A DNA stretch of 64,000 bases from Parcubacteria bacterium C7867-001 (GCA_001189095.1 LFCK01000001.1:149251-213250); one strand, 5' to 3'; positions 28,124-38,686 are shown, counted from the stretch's first letter. Translations and numbers: made by a program. The notes: generated by a model not told the origin, from the sequence alone.

Positions 28124-28825
28124 TCAGTATTCTTGCGTGAGCAGTTTCCAGTCGTCTTTGGGTTTCTCAACGGGAGGAACGAGCTCGCGCCCATCCTTGG
28201 TGAACGGGTTCTTGCCCTCTTCCCACGTTTTCAATTCAGCATCGACGAGCGCGTAGATCTTCATGCTGCCGAGGTGCGTTTTACCGCTTCGATTGCAGAG
28301 CGCAAGGATGTTCGGACTGAATTGAACGCTTGGCGCGACAGCGCGAACGGCGTCTATGACTTTCACGAGGCTGCCGCCCGTCGTGATAGTGTCTTCAACG
28401 AGCAGAATTTGCTCGTGGGGCAATGGCTGGTTTCGCTTGAAAGCAAAAGCGTCGCCTTCTTTTTCAGCAAACGCCATTTTGATTTGTGGCGCGAGATCGT
28501 TGATCTTGAAGTACGCCGAAGCAACCGAGTGCGCAAACGTTATCGCGCCCATGGCGGGTCCGATAACCCTGTTGATGCTTAAGCTCTTGCGGCTCTGGTC
28601 GCCGTCGAGCATTTCGGAAACGAGTTCATGCGATACCGCGTCAAGCACCGCGGGTAGTTCGCAGAGCACGGCGCCGTTGAAGTACCCGTTTGAGATGAGG
28701 CCTGACCGGAGCCGAACGTAGGGACGCTTTGGATTACCATCGTGGTGCCAGAAGACACCGAGTTCCTCGAGGGTCTTTTTGCGTCCCGCCGAAGTTTCAA
28801 GCCATGATTTTTTACGTACTGGCAC
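28124..28825 (-). CDS. Phosphoribosyltransferase (orotate-PRTase-like)
   Basis: PRPP-binding motif ILLVEDTITTGGSL. Terminator hairpin at 28090-28122. Confidence 0.75.
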   Translation of the reverse strand: MPVRKKSWLETSAGRKKTLEELGVFWHHDGNPKRPYVRLRSGLISNGYFNGAVLCELPAVLDAVSHELVSEMLDGDQSRKSLSINRVIGPAMGAITFAHSVASAYFKINDLAPQIKMAFAEKEGDAFAFKRNQPLPHEQILLVEDTITTGGSLVKVIDAVRAVAPSVQFSPNILALCNRSGKTHLGSMKIYALVDAELKTWEEGKNPFTKDGRELVPPVEKPKDDWKLLTQEY

Positions 28826-28909
28826 GGAATTTCCTTTCTTTCCTAATCCGCTAGCACTCTACGGGAGCACAAGTGCAAAATCAAATTGTGCCAGGAGGCT
28901 CGACCAAAA

Positions 28910-29542
28910 TTATATGAGGTTTTCAATTGAGTTGATGCCGTCCGGAATTTTCTTTCGTGTACGAAGTATATGGAACGCCAACTCGATTCCGCCAAGCGCA
29001 TACGGACGCAGTCCGCGTACGGTAGTTGAAAATCCTATCTCGACATCAGCGCTGCGCAAGACGATATCGTGCTCTGCGTGGACTTTTGAATTTTTTCGTA
29101 TCGAGCGTATCTCTCGAGCGGGAATACCGGAACGTTCTGCGAGCAAGCGGGCGGTGCCAGCAACGCTATCTTTACTCTTTTGGTGAGATTCTGATAGCGC
29201 GGCCACCATCCCCATAGTTCGTAGGGTTTTTACAATGCGTGGAATATCACGCATGAAGATAAGCATAGGAATTGAGAGATTCGGTGCAAGCAGGATAGGG
29301 CAGCGTGGTCTCTTCGGTAAAAGATTTTCTTGGCCGGTCGCTGCCTGTATGAGCGGGACTCGATATTTTTCGCACCATGCTACGAGATCGGAGAATTGTC
29401 GGCCGCTACCTGTATGTATAGCGATCGCATCTATGTCCGGTTCAAGTGTCGTGGTCCAGACTGCGCTGCGCACGCGTTTACGCTTACATTCCTTGCGAAG
29501 GGCGCCTGCCAGCTTTCCATTTCCAGCGATGAAGATTTGCAT
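28910..29542 (-). CDS. Dihydrodipicolinate reductase (DapB)-like protein
   Basis: N-terminal Rossmann MQIFIAGNGKLAG. ESHQKSKDSVAGTARLLAE resembles the DapB E(L)HHxxKxDAPSGTA motif. Assignment tentative. Confidence 0.55.
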   Translation of the reverse strand: MQIFIAGNGKLAGALRKECKRKRVRSAVWTTTLEPDIDAIAIHTGSGRQFSDLVAWCEKYRVPLIQAATGQENLLPKRPRCPILLAPNLSIPMLIFMRDIPRIVKTLRTMGMVAALSESHQKSKDSVAGTARLLAERSGIPAREIRSIRKNSKVHAEHDIVLRSADVEIGFSTTVRGLRPYALGGIELAFHILRTRKKIPDGINSIENLI

Positions 29543-29543
29543 G

Positions 29544-29624
29544 TGCCGAGGGAGAGACTCGAACTCTCAATCCGTGAGGAAGTGGGTTTTGAATCCACCG
29601 CGTATACCATTCCGCCACCCCGGC
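29544..29624 (-). tRNA. tRNA-Leu (anticodon CAA)
   Basis: Acceptor gccgggg/ctcggc(a). Anticodon loop ttcaaaa with an A-C at the loop-closing pair. Long variable arm. T-loop agttcgagtct. Confidence 0.75.
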
Positions 29625-29686
29625 TTTGGATTTCACCATAGCATTTTGCGCTCCCTTTTTCACGAGCGTGATAGAATACCTGCATT

Positions 29687-30685
29687 ATGCAAGAAAAGAA
29701 TCCTAGTTTTGGCGAACCAACGCGCTACGACTCTATTTTCTGGGTCGAAGTCGATAAGATAGAGCCCAATCCATTCCAGCCGCGTAAAGAGTTCGACGAG
29801 GAGCGTTTGAAAGCACTCGCAGAATCCATCCGTCAGTACGGCGTTCTTCAGCCACTTACGGTCACACGAAAGGAGGTGGAGAAGTTCGGTGGAGGACTCG
29901 AGACTCGCTATGAGCTTATCGCCGGCGAGCGTCGTCTGCGCGCCTCAAAATTAATCGGTCTGCGTGAAGTGCCGGTCGTCATTCGTGTTGGCGAGAATAC
30001 CGATGGCATGAAGCTCGAGCTCGCAATCATCGAGAATCTTCAGCGTGAAGATCTCAACGCTATCGATCGCGCCCGCGCGCTTGCGCAGCTCGTCGAGGAG
30101 TTCCATCTCCCTCACTCAGAAGTCGCAGCAAAGATAGGTCGTAGTCGTGAATTCGTAAGTAACTCCATACGCCTCCTTGCGCTCCCAGACTCCATCCAAC
30201 AGGCCGTTGTCGATAAGGAAATCAGCGAAGGGCACGCACGTGCACTCCTTATGTTGAACGATCGCCCAGAAGAGCGCGACACACTCTTCAAGGAAATTAC
30301 CCTCAAAAAGACGACGGTTCGAATGGTGGAGCAGATGGTGCGTCGCATTGCGACCGATAAGATCCGGAAGTTCGATAAATCTCCTGAAATGATGGAGCTT
30401 GAGAAATCGCTCACTGAAACGCTCGGCACTCGTGTTCTCATCGAAAATCGACCGACCGGAGGTCGTCTCATGATCGAATTCTTCTCGCCGGAAGATCTTT
30501 CAAACATCGTTGCAGCGCTCGCGCAGAAGGAAGCGGAAGCTCGTGCAATGTCGCAAGAGGCTGCGGCTTCAACCAAGGAAATGCCAACGTATCCGAATAC
30601 GACGCATGTGGATGCGGAATCAGGCGTGGTTGCCGAGAAAGCTCCTGAAGAGGATCTCTACTCCATAAAGAACTTCAGCGTCTAA
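29687..30685 (+). CDS. parB: Chromosome partitioning protein ParB (Spo0J)
   Basis: ParB box I/II (LQPLTV ... YELIAGERRLRASKLIGLREVPVVIR), HTH region, C-terminal dimerisation region. 332 aa. Confidence 0.9.
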   Translation: MQEKNPSFGEPTRYDSIFWVEVDKIEPNPFQPRKEFDEERLKALAESIRQYGVLQPLTVTRKEVEKFGGGLETRYELIAGERRLRASKLIGLREVPVVIRVGENTDGMKLELAIIENLQREDLNAIDRARALAQLVEEFHLPHSEVAAKIGRSREFVSNSIRLLALPDSIQQAVVDKEISEGHARALLMLNDRPEERDTLFKEITLKKTTVRMVEQMVRRIATDKIRKFDKSPEMMELEKSLTETLGTRVLIENRPTGGRLMIEFFSPEDLSNIVAALAQKEAEARAMSQEAAASTKEMPTYPNTTHVDAESGVVAEKAPEEDLYSIKNFSV

Positions 30686-30687
30686 CG

Positions 30688-32328
30688 CTAGGCTTTTGTT
30701 TTTCGGGCAGAACGAGGGCGTCTTCGCAAAATGCGTGAGTCCGCTTTCGGTGCGGGGCCTGCGCCGCGCTCGGTGATTTCGAGCGAAGAACGGATGTGTC
30801 GACGCGCAAGCGAGGTGCGCGCATAGTCGAGCCATTTCGTGGTCGGGTGCGAGGACTCACGCGTAAGGATTTCAACGATATCGCCATTGTGAAGAGTGGT
30901 TTCAAAGGACACGAGTTTGCCATTCACTTTCACTCCCTGCATGTGATCGCCCAAATCGCTATGAATGGCATAGGCGAAATCAACCGGCGTAGAGTTTACG
31001 GGAAGGTCAACAACATCGCCTTTTGGTGTGAAGACGAATACGCGATGAGAGAAGAAATCTTCTTTAAGACCGGCAACGAATTCCGATGACTCCGCAATCG
31101 ACGCATGAGCATCGGCGATGTCGGTAAGCCAGCGTGGCGCCGAGTCCGTTTTCTTTTTCGAACTTGGTTTTCCTTGAACGACAGGTGGGGGAGGAGTCTT
31201 CTTGGAGAAATTGAGGAGTGTCGGAAGGAGGTCGCGAATCCACGCGAACGAAAGCACCTCGAATGCCCCTTTTCCTGCAGCTTTCCCGAGCTGCTTGTAC
31301 GACATGTGGGACGCGATACCGAACCGAGCGTGCTGGTGCATCGCTTCGGTCCGTACTTGAATTTCAACGATGCCAGCGTCTCCGGTTACCACCGTCGTAT
31401 GGAGCGACTGGTAGCCATTCGGCTTTTCGAACGCGATGTAGTCCTTGAACTCCCCCGGAAGCGGTTTCCAGAGTGAATGGATAACGCCAAGGGCGGTGTA
31501 ACAATCGTCGACGGTCTTGACGATGACGCGTAGTGCCGCGATGTCGTGAATCTGGGTGATGTCGTCGTTCTTGCGCTTTAGTTTCTGGTGAAGGCTCCAG
31601 TATCCCTTCATGCGAACTTCCGTTTTGAATTCCGTAAGGCCTTTTTTGGCAAGATTTTTCTGAAGCTCGCGCTTTACCTTGAGAAGCCCTGTCTCAGTTT
31701 CTTTGGCGGCAAGTTTACGGACTTCGACCGTGTGCTGGTAGGCGTCAGGATCAATGACGGGGAACGCCATATCCTCAAGGTCGCGCTTCACACGTCCCAT
31801 ACCGAGTCGGTCAGCGAGCGGTGCGTAGATTTCAAGTGTTTCAAGCGCGATGCGTTTCCGTTTTACTTCCGGTACATGCTCGATGGTCGTCATGTTGTGA
31901 TATCGGTCTGCAAGCTTCACAACGAGCACGCGCACATCCTCGCTCGTCGCGACGAGAAGGCGACGCAATGATTCAGCGTGACGTTCTGCTCCGCGGTATT
32001 TGTGCTTGCCCAGTTTTGTGACGCCCTCAACGAGGAAGAGGACTTCCGGTCCGAATTCTTTTTTCACTTCTTCTGCACTCGCGCGTGCGTCTTCAATGGC
32101 GTCATGGAGAAGTCCTGCGGCAACCGTCGCGGCGTCCATGCCCATTTCCGCAAGAAGTTTTGCGGTTGCGGCTGGATGTATGAAGTACGGCTCACCCGAG
32201 TAGCGGGTATGGCCTTCGTGCGCTTTTTTTCCGAACTCGTACGCACGCTCCACGAGCGCGCGGCCTTCGTCCGAAGGTGACTGCATTGCCCCCAGAATCT
32301 CCTTGACTGAGGTCATGGTTAGAAGCAT
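30688..32328 (-). CDS. rel: (p)ppGpp synthetase/hydrolase, RelA/SpoT family
   Basis: HD hydrolase domain (HPAATAKLLAEMGMDAATVAAGLLHDAIED) followed by the synthetase domain (ALRVIVKTVDDCYTALGVIHSLW...GYQSLHTTV) and a TGS-like region. 546 aa. Confidence 0.9.
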   Translation of the reverse strand: MLLTMTSVKEILGAMQSPSDEGRALVERAYEFGKKAHEGHTRYSGEPYFIHPAATAKLLAEMGMDAATVAAGLLHDAIEDARASAEEVKKEFGPEVLFLVEGVTKLGKHKYRGAERHAESLRRLLVATSEDVRVLVVKLADRYHNMTTIEHVPEVKRKRIALETLEIYAPLADRLGMGRVKRDLEDMAFPVIDPDAYQHTVEVRKLAAKETETGLLKVKRELQKNLAKKGLTEFKTEVRMKGYWSLHQKLKRKNDDITQIHDIAALRVIVKTVDDCYTALGVIHSLWKPLPGEFKDYIAFEKPNGYQSLHTTVVTGDAGIVEIQVRTEAMHQHARFGIASHMSYKQLGKAAGKGAFEVLSFAWIRDLLPTLLNFSKKTPPPPVVQGKPSSKKKTDSAPRWLTDIADAHASIAESSEFVAGLKEDFFSHRVFVFTPKGDVVDLPVNSTPVDFAYAIHSDLGDHMQGVKVNGKLVSFETTLHNGDIVEILTRESSHPTTKWLDYARTSLARRHIRSSLEITERGAGPAPKADSRILRRRPRSARKTKA

Positions 32329-32379
32329 ACTAAACGCTTCGCGCTTTTCAAAGCGTGGATAGATACGGGAGAGAAAGAG

Positions 32380-32631
32380 ATGCTCTCATGTGCTTATTGC
32401 GGTCACGAGATCGAAGACCAAAAATTCGACCGCTGTCCGAACTGCAAACGTCCGGTCAGCTACGCCTCAGTTGCTGCGTCCACCCAAACCTGCTCATGGT
32501 GCGGGGGCAAAGGCCACTCCGGTGAGGAGTGCGGAAACGCGATGGAAGGAGGCAAACGCTCCGTCCCATCAAGCTCAAAATCCGAAGGGTATGGCGAGCC
32601 GGCGAACGTGCGGAACTATCCGCTCATCTAG
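32380..32631 (+). CDS. Small zinc-ribbon protein (83 aa, CxxC-N13-CxxC plus CxxC-N7-C)
   Basis: Weak purine-rich SD-like stretch (gagagaaagagATG). Terminator hairpin at ~32655-32685. Confidence 0.5.
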   Translation: MLSCAYCGHEIEDQKFDRCPNCKRPVSYASVAASTQTCSWCGGKGHSGEECGNAMEGGKRSVPSSSKSEGYGEPANVRNYPLI

Positions 32632-32681
32632 ATTTAAACTTGTTGATTGCAGAACGCGCCGCTTTGCGGCGCGTCTTTCTT

Positions 32682-35072
32682 TTACTTCAGATAGTCAGCT
32701 GCTTCGTCTGGCGTCACTGATTCGGGTTCGGTGCCTTCGGGGAGATAGATGCGCCGCAAGCCTTTCTTAAGGAAAAGACCCTGCTTTGATTTGTAGAGTG
32801 TGAGCATTTTTCCACTCTTTGGGTGCTTGCCGATTTCGCGAATGATGGTGACGCCGCGTGGTGGCGCTTTCGGTGTTGCGAATATCTCGATAGCGCGCGC
32901 AAGCGTGACGGTATACGGATCGTCCGGCTTCTTAAGCGAGCGGAATTCGGTTTGATGCACGACAAACGGACCGAAGCGACCGATACCCGCAGTGATGATT
33001 TCACCAGTCTCTGGGTGTGGGCCAAGCGCACGCGGAAGGGAAAGGTATTTGATTGCGTCCTCAAGCGTTATCGACGCGAGATCGGTACCTGGTGGCACAG
33101 TCGCGCGCTTCACGTTCGCTTTCGGTTTCTTTGTGCGGGTTTTGCGCGGCTTCCCGCTCTTGGTGAGAGCTGGTTTCTCTTCAGCTGGCGCTTCAGATTC
33201 CGGAAGAATCATCTCGATGTAGGGGCCATAGCGACCGGTTCGTACGAAAATTGGATATCCAGATTCAGGATGCATGCCTATTGGCTCGTCACTCTTGAGC
33301 TCGGTGCCGTCTTCTTGGCGTGCGCCCTTGCATTCAGGGTAGGTGGTGCAGCTCATGAATATGCCGCCGCGGCCGAGCTTGAATTCCATAGAAGCGCCGC
33401 AGAGCGGACACGGGAATTCCTTTGGCGCTGCACCAAGCGCGGTTGCTTTCGGAAGCTTGTCGCCCTCGCCGACGGCCTTATGAAAAGGACCATAGAACTC
33501 GCGGAGTGTCGGTTCATACTTGCGTTCACCGCGAGCGATTTCATCGAGGTTGTCTTCCATTTCTGCAGTGAAGGAATCGCTAATGTACTCTGCGAAGTGC
33601 TCTTCGAGCCAGCCAGATACCACCATACCGGTAGCGGTCGGCGTGAGCGTCCGTCCGGTCTTCTCGACGTAGCCGCGGTCTTGAATGGTTTTCATAATGG
33701 ATGCGTACGTCGATGGGCGTCCGATACCGCGCTTCTCAAGTTCCTTCACGAGTCCGGCTTCCGTGTAGCGATTCGGTGGTTCGGTTTGCTTTTCTGTTGA
33801 GATAAGCGAAATGAGATCGAGCGATTCGCCGATTACGAGCTTCGGAAGTTCAACATCTTCACCGCGCGCACGTGTATCGAGCGCGAGCCAGCCGGGGAAC
33901 ATGACACGCGAACCGTTCGCGGCGAACAAAGGAATGTCTGCGTCTGCTTTTGCTTCCACCTTCGTGCGCATCACTTTCGCTGGCGCCATCTGGGACGCGA
34001 GTGTGCGAATACGGATGAGTTCGTAGAGATTTTGTTCGTCGCCCGGTGTTCCTGCGGTTTTCTTCGAGGGGTCGGTTGGACGCACTGCTTCGTGGGCCTC
34101 CTGCGCGTTCTTACTCTTTGTTTTATAGGCACGCGCCTGCACGTACTCTTTGCCAAATTCTTTCTCAACTTCGCCACACATCTTTGCGACCGCTTCCTTT
34201 GCGAGGTTCACCGAGTCCGTGCGCATGTACGTAATGTGGCCTGCTTCATAGAGCTTCTGCGCAGCGCGCATGGTGCGACTTGGCGAGAATCCAAGACGAG
34301 TCGACGCAGCCTGCTGAAGAGTCGACGTTGTGAATGGTGGACGAGGATTGCGTTCTTCAGCGCGTTCAGTCACATCTGCGACCGTCCATGCCGCTTTTGT
34401 GCCAAGCTCGACGATTTTGTCGGCCTCTTCCTTGGTTTTTGGCTGTTCGGCACACGTTGCAGGGAACTGACCTCCCTTTCCCTTAAAGAGAGCGTCCAGA
34501 ACGAAGTAAATCTCCGGAATGAAGGCTTTTATTTCGCGTTCGCGTTCGGCAAGAATGCGAAGTGCGGGGGATTGCACGCGACCGGCTGAAAGGCCATAGC
34601 GAACCTTTTTCCAGATAAGGCCGGAGAGGTCGTACCCCACGATACGGTCGAGCACGCGACGGGCTTCCTGCGCTTCGCGCAGGTTTTCATCGATATGGCG
34701 GGGATGCTTAATGGCTTCCTGAATTGCCTCCTTGGTGATTTCGTGGAAAACCACGCGCTTGGGCTTTTTGAGACCAACCGCTTCCTTTATATGCCACGCA
34801 ATGGCCTCACCCTCGCGGTCGGGGTCAGTCGCAAGATAGACCTCGTCGGCCTTTCCGGCTGCAGTCTTGATCTTCGCGATGACGTCGCGCTTGTCTGGAG
34901 AGATGACGTATTTCGGCACAAAGCCGCCCTCGATATCGACGGCGTCCTTGTTACTCTTCGGTAGGTCGCGTACGTGGCCGACCGATGCAAGAACCTCGAA
35001 TTCTTTTCCGAGATACGCACCAATCGTTCGCGCTTTCGCTGGCGACTCTACTATTAATAGTGTTTTGCTCAC
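32682..35072 (-). CDS. topA: DNA topoisomerase I
   Basis: Toprim start MSKTLLIVESPAKARTIGAYLG. Active-site region. Multiple C-terminal C4 zinc ribbons. 796 aa. Confidence 0.95.
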   Translation of the reverse strand: MSKTLLIVESPAKARTIGAYLGKEFEVLASVGHVRDLPKSNKDAVDIEGGFVPKYVISPDKRDVIAKIKTAAGKADEVYLATDPDREGEAIAWHIKEAVGLKKPKRVVFHEITKEAIQEAIKHPRHIDENLREAQEARRVLDRIVGYDLSGLIWKKVRYGLSAGRVQSPALRILAEREREIKAFIPEIYFVLDALFKGKGGQFPATCAEQPKTKEEADKIVELGTKAAWTVADVTERAEERNPRPPFTTSTLQQAASTRLGFSPSRTMRAAQKLYEAGHITYMRTDSVNLAKEAVAKMCGEVEKEFGKEYVQARAYKTKSKNAQEAHEAVRPTDPSKKTAGTPGDEQNLYELIRIRTLASQMAPAKVMRTKVEAKADADIPLFAANGSRVMFPGWLALDTRARGEDVELPKLVIGESLDLISLISTEKQTEPPNRYTEAGLVKELEKRGIGRPSTYASIMKTIQDRGYVEKTGRTLTPTATGMVVSGWLEEHFAEYISDSFTAEMEDNLDEIARGERKYEPTLREFYGPFHKAVGEGDKLPKATALGAAPKEFPCPLCGASMEFKLGRGGIFMSCTTYPECKGARQEDGTELKSDEPIGMHPESGYPIFVRTGRYGPYIEMILPESEAPAEEKPALTKSGKPRKTRTKKPKANVKRATVPPGTDLASITLEDAIKYLSLPRALGPHPETGEIITAGIGRFGPFVVHQTEFRSLKKPDDPYTVTLARAIEIFATPKAPPRGVTIIREIGKHPKSGKMLTLYKSKQGLFLKKGLRRIYLPEGTEPESVTPDEAADYLK

Positions 35073-35215
35073 GAGTTAAGGAATAACGCGATACCTTATA
35101 TATTGTCAACTCGCGCGCTTATCGAAACACGCTCGTTCGAGCTAAGAAGCTCTCGCTTTTGTGTTTCGTCGCTTGCCTCCCCATAAGAATGGGGACCCCA
35201 AAGAAAAGAAATATT

Positions 35216-36103
35216 TTAAGTACGACGCCATGCACCGAATTCTTCTTTCAAAACACCTTTTAGTTCAAGCATAACGAGTGCGGATAGCGCATCGGATGGA
35301 GTAAGTCTCGACGCACGGATGAGTTCGTCTTTTGGCACCGGTTCGTCGAGGAGTTCGTAGATAATTCTTTCGTTTCCTTCGAGTTTGATGTCAGCACGCG
35401 CGCCTTCGGCGCGCGGGTCTATGCCGAGCGCTTCCAAAATGTGCGATGATTCCGCAACAAGTCCTGCACCAAGACGAATGAAGAGATTTGCTCCGAATCC
35501 ATGCGGATCTCCGATGCGGTGCGGAACGCATAAAAGGTCACGATTGTATTCATGAGCGAGACGCGCCGTAATGAGAGTTCCGGATTTCTCCCCGGCCTCG
35601 ATAACAAGAATCGCGTCGGCGAGTCCGACCATAATCCGGTTTCGTGAAGGGAAATCATAGGCTGCTGGCTTGTAGTCTTCGGGATGTTCCGAAAGAAGGA
35701 GTCCGTCCGCTTTAAGAATGTCTTTAGCAAGTCCCACATTCGTCCGCGGGTAAATGGCGGAGTCGCCAAGACCCGAACCGGGAACCGCAATCGTATGAAG
35801 CCCAGCTTTGAGTGCAGCCCTGTGCGCTTCCGCATCTGTGCCGAGCGCGAGCCCCGAGATTATGGAAATCGGGTAACCAGCGAGTCCTGAAATAAGTTTG
35901 TGGCATGCCTCACGTCCGTAGCTCGAAAGTGCCCGAGAACCCACAACGGCAAGGCGTTTCGTTCCAGCTGCGGGCCACACTCCGCGCATCCAGAGTTTCT
36001 TTGGTGCTCCCGGAATTTCCGCGAGGCTTTTCGGGTAGCCGGTAGTTCCAAGCTCGACCGTATCCATAGGAATAGTATGCACCATACAAAAAGCGCGCGG
36101 CAA
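35216..36103 (-). CDS. dprA: DNA processing protein DprA (Smf)
   Basis: Rossmann-like DprA core (SGLALGTDAEAHRAALKAGLHTIAVPGSGL...). C-terminal winged-helix-like tail. Confidence 0.85.
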   Translation of the reverse strand: MPRAFCMVHTIPMDTVELGTTGYPKSLAEIPGAPKKLWMRGVWPAAGTKRLAVVGSRALSSYGREACHKLISGLAGYPISIISGLALGTDAEAHRAALKAGLHTIAVPGSGLGDSAIYPRTNVGLAKDILKADGLLLSEHPEDYKPAAYDFPSRNRIMVGLADAILVIEAGEKSGTLITARLAHEYNRDLLCVPHRIGDPHGFGANLFIRLGAGLVAESSHILEALGIDPRAEGARADIKLEGNERIIYELLDEPVPKDELIRASRLTPSDALSALVMLELKGVLKEEFGAWRRT

Positions 36104-36119
36104 AGCCGCGCGCTTGTGT

Positions 36120-36431
36120 TCAGTTCGGTTCCAGACCGAGCTTCTTCCGCGTGATCGGATCCTTGAGGACTCGTTCAGCGAATTTCGGACCCATTTGGAT
36201 CTTGAGTGTATATTCGGCGATCTCTTCCTTCGTTATCTTGCTGTCGAAATCAGAAAGGCCGTAGGCGCCGCTGATCTTTCCCGCAAGAAGCGAAAAGATC
36301 TGGTCTTCTTCAGTGAGTGCAGCGAAGCGTTCGTCAGCTTTCCGGCAGAGCTCCTGAATTTCCTCAGTGCTAAGACGTGGCCCGTCAGGCGCTAAGCCCA
36401 ACATAAGGCGCGTGGCTTTCTGTCCATCCAT
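36120..36431 (-). CDS. Hypothetical protein (103 aa)
   Basis: AGGAG SD upstream of MDGQKATR. Confidence 0.45.
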   Translation of the reverse strand: MDGQKATRLMLGLAPDGPRLSTEEIQELCRKADERFAALTEEDQIFSLLAGKISGAYGLSDFDSKITKEEIAEYTLKIQMGPKFAERVLKDPITRKKLGLEPN

Positions 36432-36516
36432 GGAACATTCTCCTGTGATTGCTCTAACGAAAGTATACCAGCCCACTCTTTAAGTTCGGTCAATTTTGGC
36501 TTATACTCACGAGAAC

Positions 36517-37785
36517 ATGCTCGATATTCATTTCATCCGCGAGAACGTTGATCTCGTGAAGGAGGGCGCGCGCAAGAAGCGGGTGGAGGTCGACGTTGAT
36601 CGCCTTATCGCGGTCGACGATGAGCGCATCAAGCTCCGCCAAGAGCTCGATGAGCGCCGTGCGGAGCAGAATCGCGCAAGCAAGACCATCGCGCTCGCGA
36701 AAGACGAAGAAAGGGAAAAGCTTCTTGAGGCAATGCGTCAGCTGAAGAGCGGCATGGCCGAAATAGAAGAGAAGCACACGAAAGTGATGGAAGAGTGGCA
36801 GAAGCTGATGCTCGAAATTCCGAACCTTCCGGATATTTCCGTTCCAGAAGGCGAAACGGATGCGGACAACAAGGAGGTGAAAGTCTGGGGTGAAATCCCG
36901 CAGTTCGCCTTTGCGCCGAAAGATCACATCGAACTCATGACGAAGAACGGCATGGCAGATTTCGAGCGTGGCGCGAAGGTTGCCGGATTCCGCGGCTACT
37001 TCCTCAAAGGCGATGCGGTGCTTCTCTGGAACGCGCTTAACTCGCTCGCGCTTAAGCACTTCGCGCAAAAAGGATTCGAGCCGATGATCGTTCCGTCGCT
37101 TGTTCGTCGCGAATCATTCCTCGGTACTGGTTTCCTTCCGCAGAGCGAAGAAGATCTTTATAAAACACAGGATGGCGAATATCTCGCCGGTACCGGTGAA
37201 GTTGCCACCATGGGCTACTACATGGACGAAACCATTGAAGCGGCGCAGCTGCCCCTCAAATTCGTTTCGTTCTCGCCATGCTTCCGTCGCGAAGCAGGAA
37301 GCCATAGCAAGGACACCAAGGGTCTCATTCGTGTGCATGAATTCTTCAAATGGGAGCAGGTCATCCTGTGCGAAGCGTCGCATGCTGAATCGGTGAAGCA
37401 TCACGAAGAACTCACGCAGAACTCGGAAGAATTCTTGCAGGCGCTCAATCTCCCCTATCACGTTGTGCTCAACTGTGGGGCGGATCTCGGACTTGGTCAG
37501 GTGAAAAAATACGATATCGAGACGTGGATGCCATCGCAAAATACGTATCGCGAAACGCATTCGTCGTCGTATTTCCATGACTTCCAAACACGTCGTCTCA
37601 ACACGCGCTATCGCGATGCGGAAGGGAAGCTGCAGTTCGCGCATTCGTTGAACAACACCGCTGTTGCAATGCCGCGCGTATTCGCAATGATTGTTGAGAA
37701 TTATCAGCTGGAGGACGGCACTATAAAAGTCCCAGAAATACTCGTTCCTTATGCCGGCAAAGAAGTCTTGGGACGTAAAGCGTGA
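36517..37785 (+). CDS. serS: Seryl-tRNA synthetase
   Basis: N-terminal coiled-coil arm (MLDIHFIREN...) and class II motifs (FRREAGSHSKDTKGLIRVHEF; ...GLGQ...). Start at the internal ATG at 36517. Confidence 0.9.
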   Translation: MLDIHFIRENVDLVKEGARKKRVEVDVDRLIAVDDERIKLRQELDERRAEQNRASKTIALAKDEEREKLLEAMRQLKSGMAEIEEKHTKVMEEWQKLMLEIPNLPDISVPEGETDADNKEVKVWGEIPQFAFAPKDHIELMTKNGMADFERGAKVAGFRGYFLKGDAVLLWNALNSLALKHFAQKGFEPMIVPSLVRRESFLGTGFLPQSEEDLYKTQDGEYLAGTGEVATMGYYMDETIEAAQLPLKFVSFSPCFRREAGSHSKDTKGLIRVHEFFKWEQVILCEASHAESVKHHEELTQNSEEFLQALNLPYHVVLNCGADLGLGQVKKYDIETWMPSQNTYRETHSSSYFHDFQTRRLNTRYRDAEGKLQFAHSLNNTAVAMPRVFAMIVENYQLEDGTIKVPEILVPYAGKEVLGRKA

Positions 37786-38686
37786 GCCAGTAAAAGAGGT
37801 CCGACGTACGCGCGGTAATCCGGCACGTCCGGCCACGCGCACGACGCGCGCAACGGCACGAGCTTCAGCAAAATCCCTCAAAGCCCGACGCTCCTCGGCA
37901 CGCAATGCAGTTTTTGGTGTCACTGCATGTGCGGTGCTACTTATCGTTGGGGGCTGCGTTTTTCTTTTATGGCGACCTGAAGTTCGCATACGCGAGGTGA
38001 CCGCAAACAGCGAGCACGCGTCGAGCATCCAGATGCTTGCGAAGCAGAAGCTTGGTGGAACGTATGCAAATATCATTCCGAAAAACTCAGTCTTCTTCTA
38101 TCCCGAGCACGCGCTTCGCGCAGCTATTCTTGACGCATATCCGGACATCGCTGCGGTTTCCCTCGCACGCTCAGGATTTACGGCGCTTTCCGTAAAAGTA
38201 ATTCCGCGTGTCGCCGCGTTTTGGTGGTGTGGCATTCCCTCTGCGGCAGCAGCAGAAGATACGACCTGCTACGAGGCGGATGCTGAAGGTCTCGTTTTTG
38301 CACCAGTTGTCGAAGGAGATGTGCTTGCGACCTCGACCGCTATTTCAACGCTTCGTATTTATGGTGACCTCGCAACCGCTTCGACCTCGAGTGAGTATCC
38401 ACTACGTGCTCATATGCAGCATGTCGAATCCATTCCAAGCGCGCTGCGTTTTGTGCGCATCATGAATCAGCTACAAGTGCCGGTGGTTTCGCTCGGACTT
38501 CATGACGACGAAGCGGATCTCATCACGCCGACGGGAACGCGTATTACGTATGTGCTCGGTCATGAGGAATCCGCGACGGCGCTCGCGCAAGCCGCATTTC
38601 CAACACTCAATCTCCTCGATGGTTCGATAGAGTACGTTGATCTACGATTTCCCGGAAAGGTGTACTTAAAAAGGCGTTCGGAATAA
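37751..38686 (+). CDS. Cell-division protein FtsQ/DivIB-like (basic N-terminus, one TM, POTRA-like ectodomain)
   Basis: Arg/Lys-rich cytoplasmic N-terminus, TM helix VTACAVLLIVGGCVFLLW, then a POTRA-like beta-alpha region. Overlaps the serS 3' end by 35 nt. Assignment by architecture only. Confidence 0.5.
   Translation: MPAKKSWDVKREPVKEVRRTRGNPARPATRTTRATARASAKSLKARRSSARNAVFGVTACAVLLIVGGCVFLLWRPEVRIREVTANSEHASSIQMLAKQKLGGTYANIIPKNSVFFYPEHALRAAILDAYPDIAAVSLARSGFTALSVKVIPRVAAFWWCGIPSAAAAEDTTCYEADAEGLVFAPVVEGDVLATSTAISTLRIYGDLATASTSSEYPLRAHMQHVESIPSALRFVRIMNQLQVPVVSLGLHDDEADLITPTGTRITYVLGHEESATALAQAAFPTLNLLDGSIEYVDLRFPGKVYLKRRSE

Noticed and set aside
29235-29762. 175-aa plus ORF spanning the dapB-like gene end, tRNA-Leu(CAA) and the parB start
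   Set aside because: Crosses a tRNA gene and two well-supported genes. Arg/Ser-rich.
32823-33800. 325-aa plus-strand ORF antisense to topA; also 37114-38076 (320 aa) antisense to serS/ftsQ-like; 2597-3373 and 3337-3732 over rpsA; 40757-41551 over the K+ channel; 41419-42279 over dus; 43411-43875 over dnaX
   Set aside because: All lie opposite strongly supported housekeeping genes and show compositional (Arg/Ser/Ala-rich) bias without initiation signals.
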